From the NCBI RefSeq assembly GCF_001457595.1, contig NZ_LN831039.1, forward strand, positions 3,060,001 to 3,092,000: 32,000 bases of DNA, given 5' to 3'. How positions within the stretch are numbered: the first letter of the stretch is position 1; the number at the start of each line of letters is the position of its first letter. The notes under the pieces were generated by a model. The model saw only the letters and a program-made list of their open reading frames with translations. It was not told where the DNA came from and did no database searches. The DNA comes from Mycolicibacterium smegmatis (GTDB lineage Bacteria; Actinomycetota; Actinomycetes; Mycobacteriales; Mycobacteriaceae). A program made the position numbers and the translations under genes. This document shows positions 8,803-17,049 of the stretch, piece after piece.

Positions 8803-9591
8803 ATGACCCGGTTCATCGACATCTCGATGTCTTTGGAGAACGACGTCCCGGCAGATCCGCCTGGTTACGAGTTCTCCATCGAGTACACCAGCCACCAGGA
8901 CACGCTGCCGATGCTGCAGCGTCGCTACGACGGACTGCAGCCCGAAGAGCTGCCGAACGCCGAGGCCTTCGCGCTGGAAACCGTTCACCTGTCGACACAC
9001 AACGGCACGCACGTCGACGCGCCCTGGCACTACTCGTCGATGATGGAGGACGGCAGCCGTCCGCGCACCATCGACGAGATGCCGCTGGACTGGTTCCTGC
9101 GTCCCGCGGTCAAGCTCGACTTCCGGCATCTCGACGACGGTTACGTCGCCACCGCGGCCGACGTCCAAGGCGAACTCAAGCGCATCGGCTACACGCTGCG
9201 GCCACTGGACATCGTGGTGGTCAACACCTCGGCGGGCGCGAAGTTCGGCACGCCGGAGTACCCGCAGAGCGGCTGCGGTCTGGGCCGCGAGGCAACCCTG
9301 TGGCTGTGCGACCAGGGGGTGCGTGTGGTGGGCACCGATGCGTGGAGTTGGGACGCGCCGTTCTCCTACGTCGCCGAACGGTATGCCCGTGACCGCGACG
9401 CCTCGATCATCTGGGAGGGCCACAAGGCCGGCAGGCGCACCGAGTACTGCCAGATCGAAAAACTGCGCCACCTCGACCAATTACCCGATCACGGATTCAC
9501 CATCGCCTGCTTCCCGGTGAAGATCCACGCGGCCTCTGCGGGCTGGACCCGCGCCGTGGCCATGATCGACGACACGAACGGAGCCAACTGA
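8803..9591 (+). CDS. Cyclase-family metal-dependent amidohydrolase (kynurenine formamidase / isatin hydrolase-like, PF04199-type)
   Basis: Track start 8791 is TTG; ATG 8803 follows GGAG by 6 nt. Contains the family motif H-x-G-T-H-x-D-x-P-x-H as STHNGTHVDAPWHY. Confidence 0.8.
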   Translation: MTRFIDISMSLENDVPADPPGYEFSIEYTSHQDTLPMLQRRYDGLQPEELPNAEAFALETVHLSTHNGTHVDAPWHYSSMMEDGSRPRTIDEMPLDWFLRPAVKLDFRHLDDGYVATAADVQGELKRIGYTLRPLDIVVVNTSAGAKFGTPEYPQSGCGLGREATLWLCDQGVRVVGTDAWSWDAPFSYVAERYARDRDASIIWEGHKAGRRTEYCQIEKLRHLDQLPDHGFTIACFPVKIHAASAGWTRAVAMIDDTNGAN

Positions 9592-10406
9592 TGACCGAAA
9601 CCCACACCAGGGTCGACCACGTCGCTGCGATGACGCACCTGGACCGCAAGCCCACCACGTTCGACTCCTACAAGGACCGCTACGAGACGATCCGCATGGA
9701 GCGCACCGACGGCGTCCTGGAGTTGCACTTCCACACCAACGGTGGTCCGCTGCAGTGGAGTCTGTTGGCGCACAACGAGTTCGAGGACGCTTTCCTCGAA
9801 ATCGGCCGTGACCGAGAGAACGACGTTGTCATCATGACCGGAACCGGTGAGGAGTTCAGCGGGCCCGCGATCGCCCCCGGACAACACCCCAACCGCCGTA
9901 CCATGACCCCGGAGACCTACGACCCCATCCAGTGGGAGGGCAAGCAGCTGCTGCCGAACCTGCTTTCCATCGAGGCGCCGGTGATCGCCGCGATCAACGG
10001 GCCTGCCGTGCGTCACGCCGAGATCCCGCTGGTCTCCGACATCGTGCTGGCCACCGAGGACACCTATTTCCAGGACACCGCACACTTTCCCGGCGGCATG
10101 GTGCCCGGTGACGGCATGCACATCGTGATGCCACTGCTCATGGGTCCCACCAGGGCGCGCTACTTCCTGCTGACCGGACAGCAACTGTCGGTCGCCGAAG
10201 CGCGCGAGATCGGGCTGGTGAACGAGGTGGTGCCCCGCGACGACCTGCTGAGCCGGGCCAGGGAACTGGCCGCACAGCTGATGCGGCAACCGCGACTGGT
10301 GCGCCGCTACAGCCGCACGGTGCTCACCGAGGATCTCCGTCAGCGTATGCACGGCCTGCTCGGGTACGGCCTCGCACTCGAGGGCCTCGCACGTATGAAG
10401 AGTTGA
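9591..10406 (+). CDS. Crotonase/enoyl-CoA hydratase superfamily protein, atypical active-site motifs
   Basis: 271 aa, TGATG overlap with the cyclase gene. Overall crotonase layout (VVIMTGTGEEFSG..., AAINGPA..., ARYFLLTGQQLSVAEAREIGLVNEVV) but lacks the canonical GGG oxyanion motif. Confidence 0.8.
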   Translation: MTETHTRVDHVAAMTHLDRKPTTFDSYKDRYETIRMERTDGVLELHFHTNGGPLQWSLLAHNEFEDAFLEIGRDRENDVVIMTGTGEEFSGPAIAPGQHPNRRTMTPETYDPIQWEGKQLLPNLLSIEAPVIAAINGPAVRHAEIPLVSDIVLATEDTYFQDTAHFPGGMVPGDGMHIVMPLLMGPTRARYFLLTGQQLSVAEAREIGLVNEVVPRDDLLSRARELAAQLMRQPRLVRRYSRTVLTEDLRQRMHGLLGYGLALEGLARMKS

Positions 10407-10450
10407 CGGCTCTTTCGGCCATTCCACATTCGATCTCGACGAGGAGAGCG

Positions 10451-12811
10451 ATGGACACCAGGACCGCCCCCGGCAGGTGGCCGAAGCGGCATGCCCTCGA
10501 ATTCGCCACGGGACAAGCGCGGTTCGTCGACGACATCCGGCCGCAGGGTCTGCTGCACATGGCGGTGGTCCGCAGCACGCGTGCACACGCTCGAATCGTC
10601 TCGGTCGATGTGTCGGCGGCGGCCGCCCGCCCGGGGGTGGTGCTGGTGCTCGACGCCCACGAGGCGGCCCGGCACCTCGAAACACTGCCGTACCAGTTCG
10701 GCGCACCCGAACTGCTCGGCGCCCGCAATGTCGCACTGCAGGCCCTCCCGGTCGACAAGGTCCGCTACGTCGGAGAACCCGTCGCAGTCCTCGCGGCGGA
10801 GAACCCCCGCGCCGCACGGGCCGCCGCGGCGGCCGTGGCGGTCGAATACGACGACCTCCCCGAGGCACCGCGGCCGCATGAATACCTCGGCGCCAGTGTG
10901 CTTTCGGCAGAACAGCGCGAACATGTCGTCACCGAGAACCATTTCTCCAGCGGCGACCCCGACGGTGCGCTGGCGCGCGCCGAGCATGTCCTCGACGCCG
11001 AGTTCACCGTCGGCCGCAGCACCACCGCACCGCTGGAGACGCGGGGATACGTGGCGTCATGGGATCCGAGCGCCCAGCGGCTGACCGTCCACGCCTCACA
11101 CCAGCAGCCGTTCCAGTTGCGCGACGAACTCGCCGAGGTGCTGCGCCTTGAGCCCGAGGCGATCCGGGTCGTGGTCCCGAATGTCGGCGGATCGTTCGGC
11201 CTCAAGATGACCGGCCAGGTCGAGGAGCCGTTGGTGTGCCTGCTCAGCATGCTGTGCGAGCGGCCGGTCAAGTGGATCGAATCACGGGCCGAATGCTTTT
11301 TGGGTGGCGGGCGTGAACAGATCCACCGTGTGCGAGCCGGTTTCGGCGGTGACGGACGTGTCGAGGTGTTCACCGACCACATGGTGGTGCCGGTCGGCGC
11401 ACGATCGGTGTCGCCGGGATGGCGGCAGGCCTACGTGAGTGCGGCCAGTTTGCCTGGGCCGTACGACATCCCACACGTCGACGTCACCTCGCGCGTGGTG
11501 ACGACCAACCTTCCGCCGTGGCATTCCTGCCGGGGATTCGGCAAGGAGGCCCCCGTGTTCGTCATGGAACGCGTGATGGACCTCATCGCCCGCCGGTTGC
11601 GCCTCGACCCCGCCGAGGTGCGACGCCGGAACTTCCTTCCCACCAGTGCGTTTCCACACCGGATGCCGTCGGGCTACCAGATCGACAGCGGTGACTACCG
11701 CGCGGTCCTCGACCGCGTCATCGACATCTCGGGATATGCCGGCACACACCGGCAGCCCTCGTCGGCCACCGTGCGCCGCGGCGTCGGCATCTCGTTCGAG
11801 ATCACCCCCGAAGGCGGCGGCCACGCATCGGGCCGATTGGCCCCGAACGTCACACCCACCGTCGCCGCCGACGAGAGCGCGACGGTCCGTCTCGACCGCG
11901 ATGGGCACGTCACGGTGCTCAGCGGGGTCACCAATCCTGGCGGTGGCAACGACACCGCGCTGGCCCGGCTGGCCGCCGAAACACTCGGCACCACAACCGA
12001 GAACGTGACCGTGGTCCAGGGCGACACCAGCCTGTGCCCACCAGGAACGGGCAACGCCAGCAGTCGCGGTGTCGCCGTGGGCGGCGCGGCCGTGGTGCTC
12101 GCGGCCCGCGACATGGCCGACGAACTACGGCGCACGGCCGCGGCGACGCTGGGCTGCGCGCCGCACGAGGTCACACTCGCCGACGACGCCGCGCATGCCG
12201 CCAGTGGTGCGTCCATCCCGCTGCGGAACCTGTGCGCGCGCGCCGCCGAGTGCGGCGAACTGTCGTACACCCGCAGTTACCGCCCCACACCGCCGGACGA
12301 TCCGGCCTACCGCTACAGCTATCCCTACTTCTCCAGCGGCGCGTACGTGGCCGAGGTCGACGTCGACACCGCGACCGGCGTGGTCAAGGTGCATGCGATC
12401 ACCGCGGTGCACGACTGCGGACGCGTCGTGGAACCCGTGCTCGTCGAGGGACAACTGCAGGGCGCGATCGCCATGGGCATCGGACTCGCCCTGTACGAGG
12501 ACAACCGATTCGAGGCCGACGGTGCGCCGGCCACGCGCACCTTCAAGGAGTACATGGTGCCGCGCGCCAACGACCTGCCCGACTTCGTCATCCGCCACCA
12601 CGAGACCCCGGCGCCCACCACCCTGCTGGGCGCCAAGGGGGCCGGTGAGGCCGGTGTCGGGGGAGCACTGGCCGCGGTCGCCAACGCGATCGACGACGCG
12701 CTTCAGGGCGCCCAGCACGGGGCGGGCGAGCCGATCGCGACCGTGACGAGCGTTCCCCTGGACCCACCGACGGTGCTGTCACTGATCCCCGAACCGCGAG
12801 GCCTCGGATGA
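10451..12811 (+). CDS. Xanthine dehydrogenase/CoxL-family molybdopterin-binding large subunit
   Basis: Track start 10403 is TTG; ATG 10451 is preceded by GAGGAG. Motifs: VRSTRAHARIVSVD, GGSFGLKM, C-terminal GAKGAGEAGVGGALAAVANAI containing the family catalytic Glu. Confidence 0.9.
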   Translation: MDTRTAPGRWPKRHALEFATGQARFVDDIRPQGLLHMAVVRSTRAHARIVSVDVSAAAARPGVVLVLDAHEAARHLETLPYQFGAPELLGARNVALQALPVDKVRYVGEPVAVLAAENPRAARAAAAAVAVEYDDLPEAPRPHEYLGASVLSAEQREHVVTENHFSSGDPDGALARAEHVLDAEFTVGRSTTAPLETRGYVASWDPSAQRLTVHASHQQPFQLRDELAEVLRLEPEAIRVVVPNVGGSFGLKMTGQVEEPLVCLLSMLCERPVKWIESRAECFLGGGREQIHRVRAGFGGDGRVEVFTDHMVVPVGARSVSPGWRQAYVSAASLPGPYDIPHVDVTSRVVTTNLPPWHSCRGFGKEAPVFVMERVMDLIARRLRLDPAEVRRRNFLPTSAFPHRMPSGYQIDSGDYRAVLDRVIDISGYAGTHRQPSSATVRRGVGISFEITPEGGGHASGRLAPNVTPTVAADESATVRLDRDGHVTVLSGVTNPGGGNDTALARLAAETLGTTTENVTVVQGDTSLCPPGTGNASSRGVAVGGAAVVLAARDMADELRRTAAATLGCAPHEVTLADDAAHAASGASIPLRNLCARAAECGELSYTRSYRPTPPDDPAYRYSYPYFSSGAYVAEVDVDTATGVVKVHAITAVHDCGRVVEPVLVEGQLQGAIAMGIGLALYEDNRFEADGAPATRTFKEYMVPRANDLPDFVIRHHETPAPTTLLGAKGAGEAGVGGALAAVANAIDDALQGAQHGAGEPIATVTSVPLDPPTVLSLIPEPRGLG

Positions 12812-13626
12812 GCGCCTTCCGGACGGTGCTGCCGCGCAACCGAGACGACGTCGCCAAGAGCCTCGCCGACATCGTCGGGGGCGGCGGCGACGCGCTGATC
12901 GTCGGCGGCGGAACGCTGACGGTGCCCGCGCTCGTTCGCGGCGACATCACCGCGACCCACGTCGTCGACCTCGGCAAAGCGGATCTCGACGGCATCGAAT
13001 TCGGCCAGGAGGCAGCCGAAATCGGCGCGTCGGTGAGCTATCAGCAGATCCTGGAGTCCCGGCGGATCCGTCGTGACCTGCCGTTGCTGCACCGGCTGTG
13101 CTCAGGTATCACCGGCGGTATCCAGATCCGCAACCAGGGCACCGTCGTCGGGGCACTGTGCGCCGCGCGGCCCCAGTCCGACATTCCGGCGGCCTTGGTG
13201 GCGCTGGGCGCCGAGGTGCTGATCCACTCGACCTCGGGAACCCGGATCGTGGACGCGCAGACGTTTCTGCGCGGTGCCGAGCAGACCGACCTCGCAACCG
13301 GCGAGTTCGTCACCGCAGTACGCGTACCGTGGCCCGCCACAGCGGGTTTCGGATATGTCAAGCTCAAATCCGCCGAATCGTCCTGGCCCGTGGTCACGGC
13401 CGCGGCCGTGCTGCCAGGTCATGTCGTGCTCGGCGGCGTCGCGAAAGTCCCGCAGTTGATCCGACTTCCGGACCCCGGCATGGTCCGCACCGTGGTGGCC
13501 GAACATGTCGACCGCATCCCGCCCACGCAACGCTGGGCGGACCTGCGGGCCGACTGGAACTACCGACGGCGAGTCGCGCCTGAGATCGCCGCGCGCGCCG
13601 TCGAACAGGGGGTGGACCATGTCTGA
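12808..13626 (+). CDS. Molybdenum hydroxylase FAD-binding medium subunit (CoxM-like)
   Basis: 272 aa, ATGA overlap with the large subunit. FAD-binding PCMH-type N-terminus (ALIVGGGTLTVPAL), plus GGIQIRNQGTVVGAL. Confidence 0.85.
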   Translation: MSAFRTVLPRNRDDVAKSLADIVGGGGDALIVGGGTLTVPALVRGDITATHVVDLGKADLDGIEFGQEAAEIGASVSYQQILESRRIRRDLPLLHRLCSGITGGIQIRNQGTVVGALCAARPQSDIPAALVALGAEVLIHSTSGTRIVDAQTFLRGAEQTDLATGEFVTAVRVPWPATAGFGYVKLKSAESSWPVVTAAAVLPGHVVLGGVAKVPQLIRLPDPGMVRTVVAEHVDRIPPTQRWADLRADWNYRRRVAPEIAARAVEQGVDHV

Positions 13627-14104
13627 CACGGTCGACATCAGCGTCGAGGTCGACGGAGATCCGGCCCATCTCACCGTCGAGGCCGACCTCACGCTGCTCG
13701 ACGTGCTGCGCGAGGAACTCGGGCGTACCGAGGTGCGTGCCGGTTGCCGCAACGGCGACTGCGGAACCTGCACCGCGGTTGTCGACGGGCGCTGCGTGAA
13801 AACCTGCCTGATCCTCGCGGCCAGGGCCGACGGTGCCCGCGTGAAGACCATCGCCACACTGTCCGACGGCGACCGACCGGACGCGGTTCAGCGCGCGTTC
13901 ATGGAGCAGTACGGCTTCCAGTGCGGTTTCTGCCTGCCCGGCATGCTGCTCGCGGCGACCGACCTGCTCGACCGCGACCCGAACCCTTCCGCCGCCGCCA
14001 TCCGGGATGCCTTGAGCGGCAACCTCTGCCGGTGCACCGGCTACACCAACGCGGTGCGCGCCGTGCAGCGCGCAGCGGAACTTCGCAACCAGCCCCCGAG
14101 CTGA
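13619..14104 (+). CDS. Molybdenum hydroxylase (2Fe-2S)-binding small subunit (CoxS-like)
   Basis: ATG 13619 (8-nt overlap with the medium subunit). Both cluster motifs are present: CRNGDCGTCTAVVDG and QCGFCLPGML...LCRCTGY. Confidence 0.92.
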   Translation: MSDTVDISVEVDGDPAHLTVEADLTLLDVLREELGRTEVRAGCRNGDCGTCTAVVDGRCVKTCLILAARADGARVKTIATLSDGDRPDAVQRAFMEQYGFQCGFCLPGMLLAATDLLDRDPNPSAAAIRDALSGNLCRCTGYTNAVRAVQRAAELRNQPPS

Positions 14105-14172
14105 CACACCTTCACACGCACACCGGGCGAATGGCGCCGCGGTGGTGATCCACCTTGCCCTGAGGAGGTCCG

Positions 14173-15492
14173 ATGTCCATCCCCAACGACCATCTGGTCG
14201 ATGTCGCCATCCGGCAGGAACACCGTGCGCAGCACCGGTTCCGCACACTGCTCGGGGCGGGCGTCGGCAACACGCTCGAATGGTACGACTGGAGTGTCTA
14301 CGCGATCTTCGCGCCGTTTTTCGCTCATCAGTTCTTCGTCGGCGACGGCGGCACGGGAGCCGTGCTGTCCACGCTGGCGGTGTTCGCCGTCGGGTTCCTC
14401 ATGCGCCCGGTCGGCGGATTCCTGTTCGGCTGGCTGGCCGACCGGCGCGGCAGGCGGTTCTCGATGACCACGTCGATGCTCCTGATGGCGGCGGGCAGCC
14501 TGGTGATCGGTGTGGCGCCGGTGCAGGCCGATGTGGGCATCTGGGCGGCCGTCATCCTGATCGTCGCCCGGCTCGCGCAGGGACTGGCGCACGGCGGTGA
14601 GATCGCGGCGTCCTACACCTACATCGCGGAGGTCGCACCGCCGGCCCGGCGCGGACTGTGGTCGACCAGCCTGTACGTGTCGGTGACGGCGGGCATCGTG
14701 CTGGCGTCGGTGATCGGCGCGGCCGCCAGCAGCATCCTGGGCGCCGACGCCCTCGCACAGTGGGCGTGGCGGTTGCCCTTCCTGCTCGGCGGCCTGCTCG
14801 GCGTCGTCGGACTGTACCTGCGGCGCAGTCTGCCCGAAACCGAGGCGTTCCTGGCCGAGGACACCGGACCGGCACAGCAGCCCGCCACCACACGGGACGT
14901 GATCCGCGGATTGCGCAGCCACAAGGCCAGTCTCGCGCGCATGGTCGGGTTCAGCCTGGCGAGCACCGTGGTGGTCTACACGTGGGCCATCGGCATCTCG
15001 GGGTTCGCGATCAGCACGCGCGGGGTTCCCGCGGGCGCGGCGCTGTGGGCGACCGTGGCCGCCAACCTGGTCTTCATGGCCACGCTTCCGTTGTGGGGCA
15101 AACTGTCCGACCGCTACGGACGCAGACCGGTGTTCATCACGTACTCGATCGCGTTCATGGTGCTGTCGTTCCCGCTCCTGGCGGCCATCGACGACTCACC
15201 GGTCCGGCTGTTCCTCATCGTGTCGGTCGCGCTGTTCTTCCTCGGCGCGTTCGTCGGCATCATGCCCGCCTACTTCGCCGAACTCTTCCCGACCCACGTG
15301 CGCGCGTCGGGCATCGGTGTGCCGTACTCCTTCACGGTCGCGGTGTTCGGCGGCACGGCCCCGTACATCGCGACGTGGCTGGCGAGCCACCACCTCGAGT
15401 GGATCTTCGCGCTGTATAGCGTGGTCCTTGCCGCCATCGGGCTCGTCACGACGTTGCTGAGCCCGGAGACCAGGGGCCGGAACCTGTTGTGA
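14173..15492 (+). CDS. MFS transporter, metabolite:H+ symporter (MHS) type (KgtP/ProP/ShiA-like)
   Basis: 439 aa, 12 predicted hydrophobic segments. N-terminal GNTLEWYDWSVYAIFAPFF is characteristic of the MHS subfamily. RBS GAGGAGG lies before ATG 14173. Confidence 0.9.
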   Translation: MSIPNDHLVDVAIRQEHRAQHRFRTLLGAGVGNTLEWYDWSVYAIFAPFFAHQFFVGDGGTGAVLSTLAVFAVGFLMRPVGGFLFGWLADRRGRRFSMTTSMLLMAAGSLVIGVAPVQADVGIWAAVILIVARLAQGLAHGGEIAASYTYIAEVAPPARRGLWSTSLYVSVTAGIVLASVIGAAASSILGADALAQWAWRLPFLLGGLLGVVGLYLRRSLPETEAFLAEDTGPAQQPATTRDVIRGLRSHKASLARMVGFSLASTVVVYTWAIGISGFAISTRGVPAGAALWATVAANLVFMATLPLWGKLSDRYGRRPVFITYSIAFMVLSFPLLAAIDDSPVRLFLIVSVALFFLGAFVGIMPAYFAELFPTHVRASGIGVPYSFTVAVFGGTAPYIATWLASHHLEWIFALYSVVLAAIGLVTTLLSPETRGRNLL

Positions 15493-15515
15493 CACATGCG
15501 GGGCTGAAACACACC

Positions 15516-15557
15516 CCCTCGGATCGCGCGATCGTTGCCTAGGCTCGCATCCGAGGG
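15516..15557. repeat. 9-bp inverted repeat hairpin (CCCTCGGAT ... ATCCGAGGG) flanked by 10-bp direct repeats
   Basis: Arms 15516-15524 and 15549-15557 are perfectly complementary. The 24-nt interior contains CCTAGG, and the palindrome GATCGCGCGATC (15522-15533) overlaps the left arm and interior. GAAACACACC occurs at 15506-15515 and 15561-15570 on either side. Confidence 0.45.
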
Positions 15558-15571
15558 AAGGAAACACACCT

Positions 15572-15892
15572 ATGACGATGATGTTGGTGCACTACGTCGG
15601 CAACGCCGACAGTCGGTTCGACCGCGACTACTACATGACCGAGCACGTGCCGTTGGTCGAGCGCACGTGGGGCCCGCACGGACTGCGATCCGCCGAGGTC
15701 TATTTCGCGGCCGAGGCGGGTGAGGCGGACGGTGTGATCACGATCTGCCTGTGCCACTTCGAGGATCGCGACGCGATGGAAAAAGCGCTGTCGGCACCGG
15801 AGACCGCGGCGGTCATGGACGACGTTGCCAACTTCACCGACATCGCGCCGGTCCGCACCGTCATGGAACGCGGGGTAGGCGGCGCGACGTGA
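15572..15892 (+). CDS. EthD-family protein (TIGR02118-like)
   Basis: 106 aa. MLVHYVGNADSRFDRDYYMTEHVPLVERTWGPHGL resembles the EthD/TIGR02118 N-terminal pattern (short ferredoxin-like protein). Confidence 0.7.
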   Translation: MTMMLVHYVGNADSRFDRDYYMTEHVPLVERTWGPHGLRSAEVYFAAEAGEADGVITICLCHFEDRDAMEKALSAPETAAVMDDVANFTDIAPVRTVMERGVGGAT

Positions 15893-15908
15893 CGGCCACG
15901 GGGACGGG

Positions 15909-16931
15909 TTGGTGACCGGACCAGGGAGGCGGCGTCGGCCTACGCTCGCCGACGTCGCCGACATCGTGGGGGTGGACCCGAGCCTGGTGTCGCGGGTGCT
16001 GCGCAACGACCCGCGGGGCTTCGCGTCGACGAGGACCCGCGAACGCATCGTGGCGGCCGCCGAGAAGATCGGCTACCGCGCCAACGCCGCGGCGCGTGGG
16101 CTGCGCAGCTCGCGCACCATGGCACTCGGCCTGCTGCTTCCCGGGTTCACCAGCCCGGTCTACTCCGCGATCGTGCACGGGGTCGAGGCCCGCGCCAAAG
16201 AGCACGGGTACGGCCTGGTGCTCGGAACACACGCCGCGGGTGATCCACACGAGACCATGACCTCGATGCTCATGCACGGCAGCGTCGACGCCCTCCTGGT
16301 CGCGTCCGGCCGGATCGAGGATCAGGCGCTGCGCCGGTTGGTCCAGGAGGTGCCGCAGACGGTGGTGCTGGTGAACCGCCAGGTGCGTGGCATATCCGCG
16401 AGCGTGGTGCTCAGGGATGCCGACGCCGCGGCCGTCGCGGTGCGCCACCTCGTCGAACTGGGGCACCGTCGCATCTGCGGCGTGTTCGGGCCCGCGACGC
16501 TCGACACGATGGTGCGCCGCAGGCACGGGTTCGCCACCGAGTGCGCGGCCAACGGCGTCGAGTCCTCGGCGATCGAGCTGCCCGAGCGCAACCATGCCGC
16601 CGGATTCGAGGGCGCCATGCGTGCGCTCGAACGCGGCAACCCCCCGACCGCGATCGTCGCCGCGACGTTCCCGATGGCCGTGGGTGTGCTGGCGGCCCTG
16701 CACCAGCGGGGGATCGCGGTACCGTCCGCGATGTCGGTGCTCGCGCTGCACGACGACAACCTCGCGAGCTATCTCATCCCTCCGCTGACCGCGGTGTCGC
16801 TGCCCACCGAACGGCTCGGCGCCGAAGCGGTCGAACTCGCGATCGCGATGGTCGGAGGCGGCCAACCGCGCCGGGTCGTGGTGCCCGACGAACCGCACAT
16901 CGTGCTGCGCGGTTCCACCGCGGCACCGTGA
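15909..16931 (+). CDS. LacI-family transcriptional regulator
   Basis: 340 aa. N-terminal HTH PTLADVADIVGVDPSLVSRVLRN followed by a periplasmic-binding-protein-like core (ALGLLLPGFTSPVYSAIVHGVE...). Start is ambiguous between TTG 15909 and GTG 15912. Confidence 0.9.
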   Translation: MVTGPGRRRRPTLADVADIVGVDPSLVSRVLRNDPRGFASTRTRERIVAAAEKIGYRANAAARGLRSSRTMALGLLLPGFTSPVYSAIVHGVEARAKEHGYGLVLGTHAAGDPHETMTSMLMHGSVDALLVASGRIEDQALRRLVQEVPQTVVLVNRQVRGISASVVLRDADAAAVAVRHLVELGHRRICGVFGPATLDTMVRRRHGFATECAANGVESSAIELPERNHAAGFEGAMRALERGNPPTAIVAATFPMAVGVLAALHQRGIAVPSAMSVLALHDDNLASYLIPPLTAVSLPTERLGAEAVELAIAMVGGGQPRRVVVPDEPHIVLRGSTAAP

Positions 16932-16944
16932 TATCAAACGATTG
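16929..16944. promoter_or_regulatory. Second copy of the operator-like 16-mer
   Basis: TGATATCAAACGATTG differs from 8700-8715 (TGATATCAAACGTTTG) at one position. It overlaps the LacI-gene stop codon (TGA 16929-16931) and lies about 105 nt upstream of the NTF2-like gene. Confidence 0.5.
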
Positions 16945-17049
16945 CCGCCGGGGGCTCCTGGAAATTGGCTTCGGCGTCGAGGCCGACCGGGTCCGGAGAT
17001 CCTCACGAAAGCCGTTGCGGGTAGATCGATCATCCGAAGGGATACGCCC

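Noticed and set aside
9489-10868. 459-aa minus-strand ORF across the cyclase, crotonase and Mo-subunit junctions
   Set aside because: It is antisense to three motif-supported genes. The product is dominated by Arg/Pro/Gly runs.
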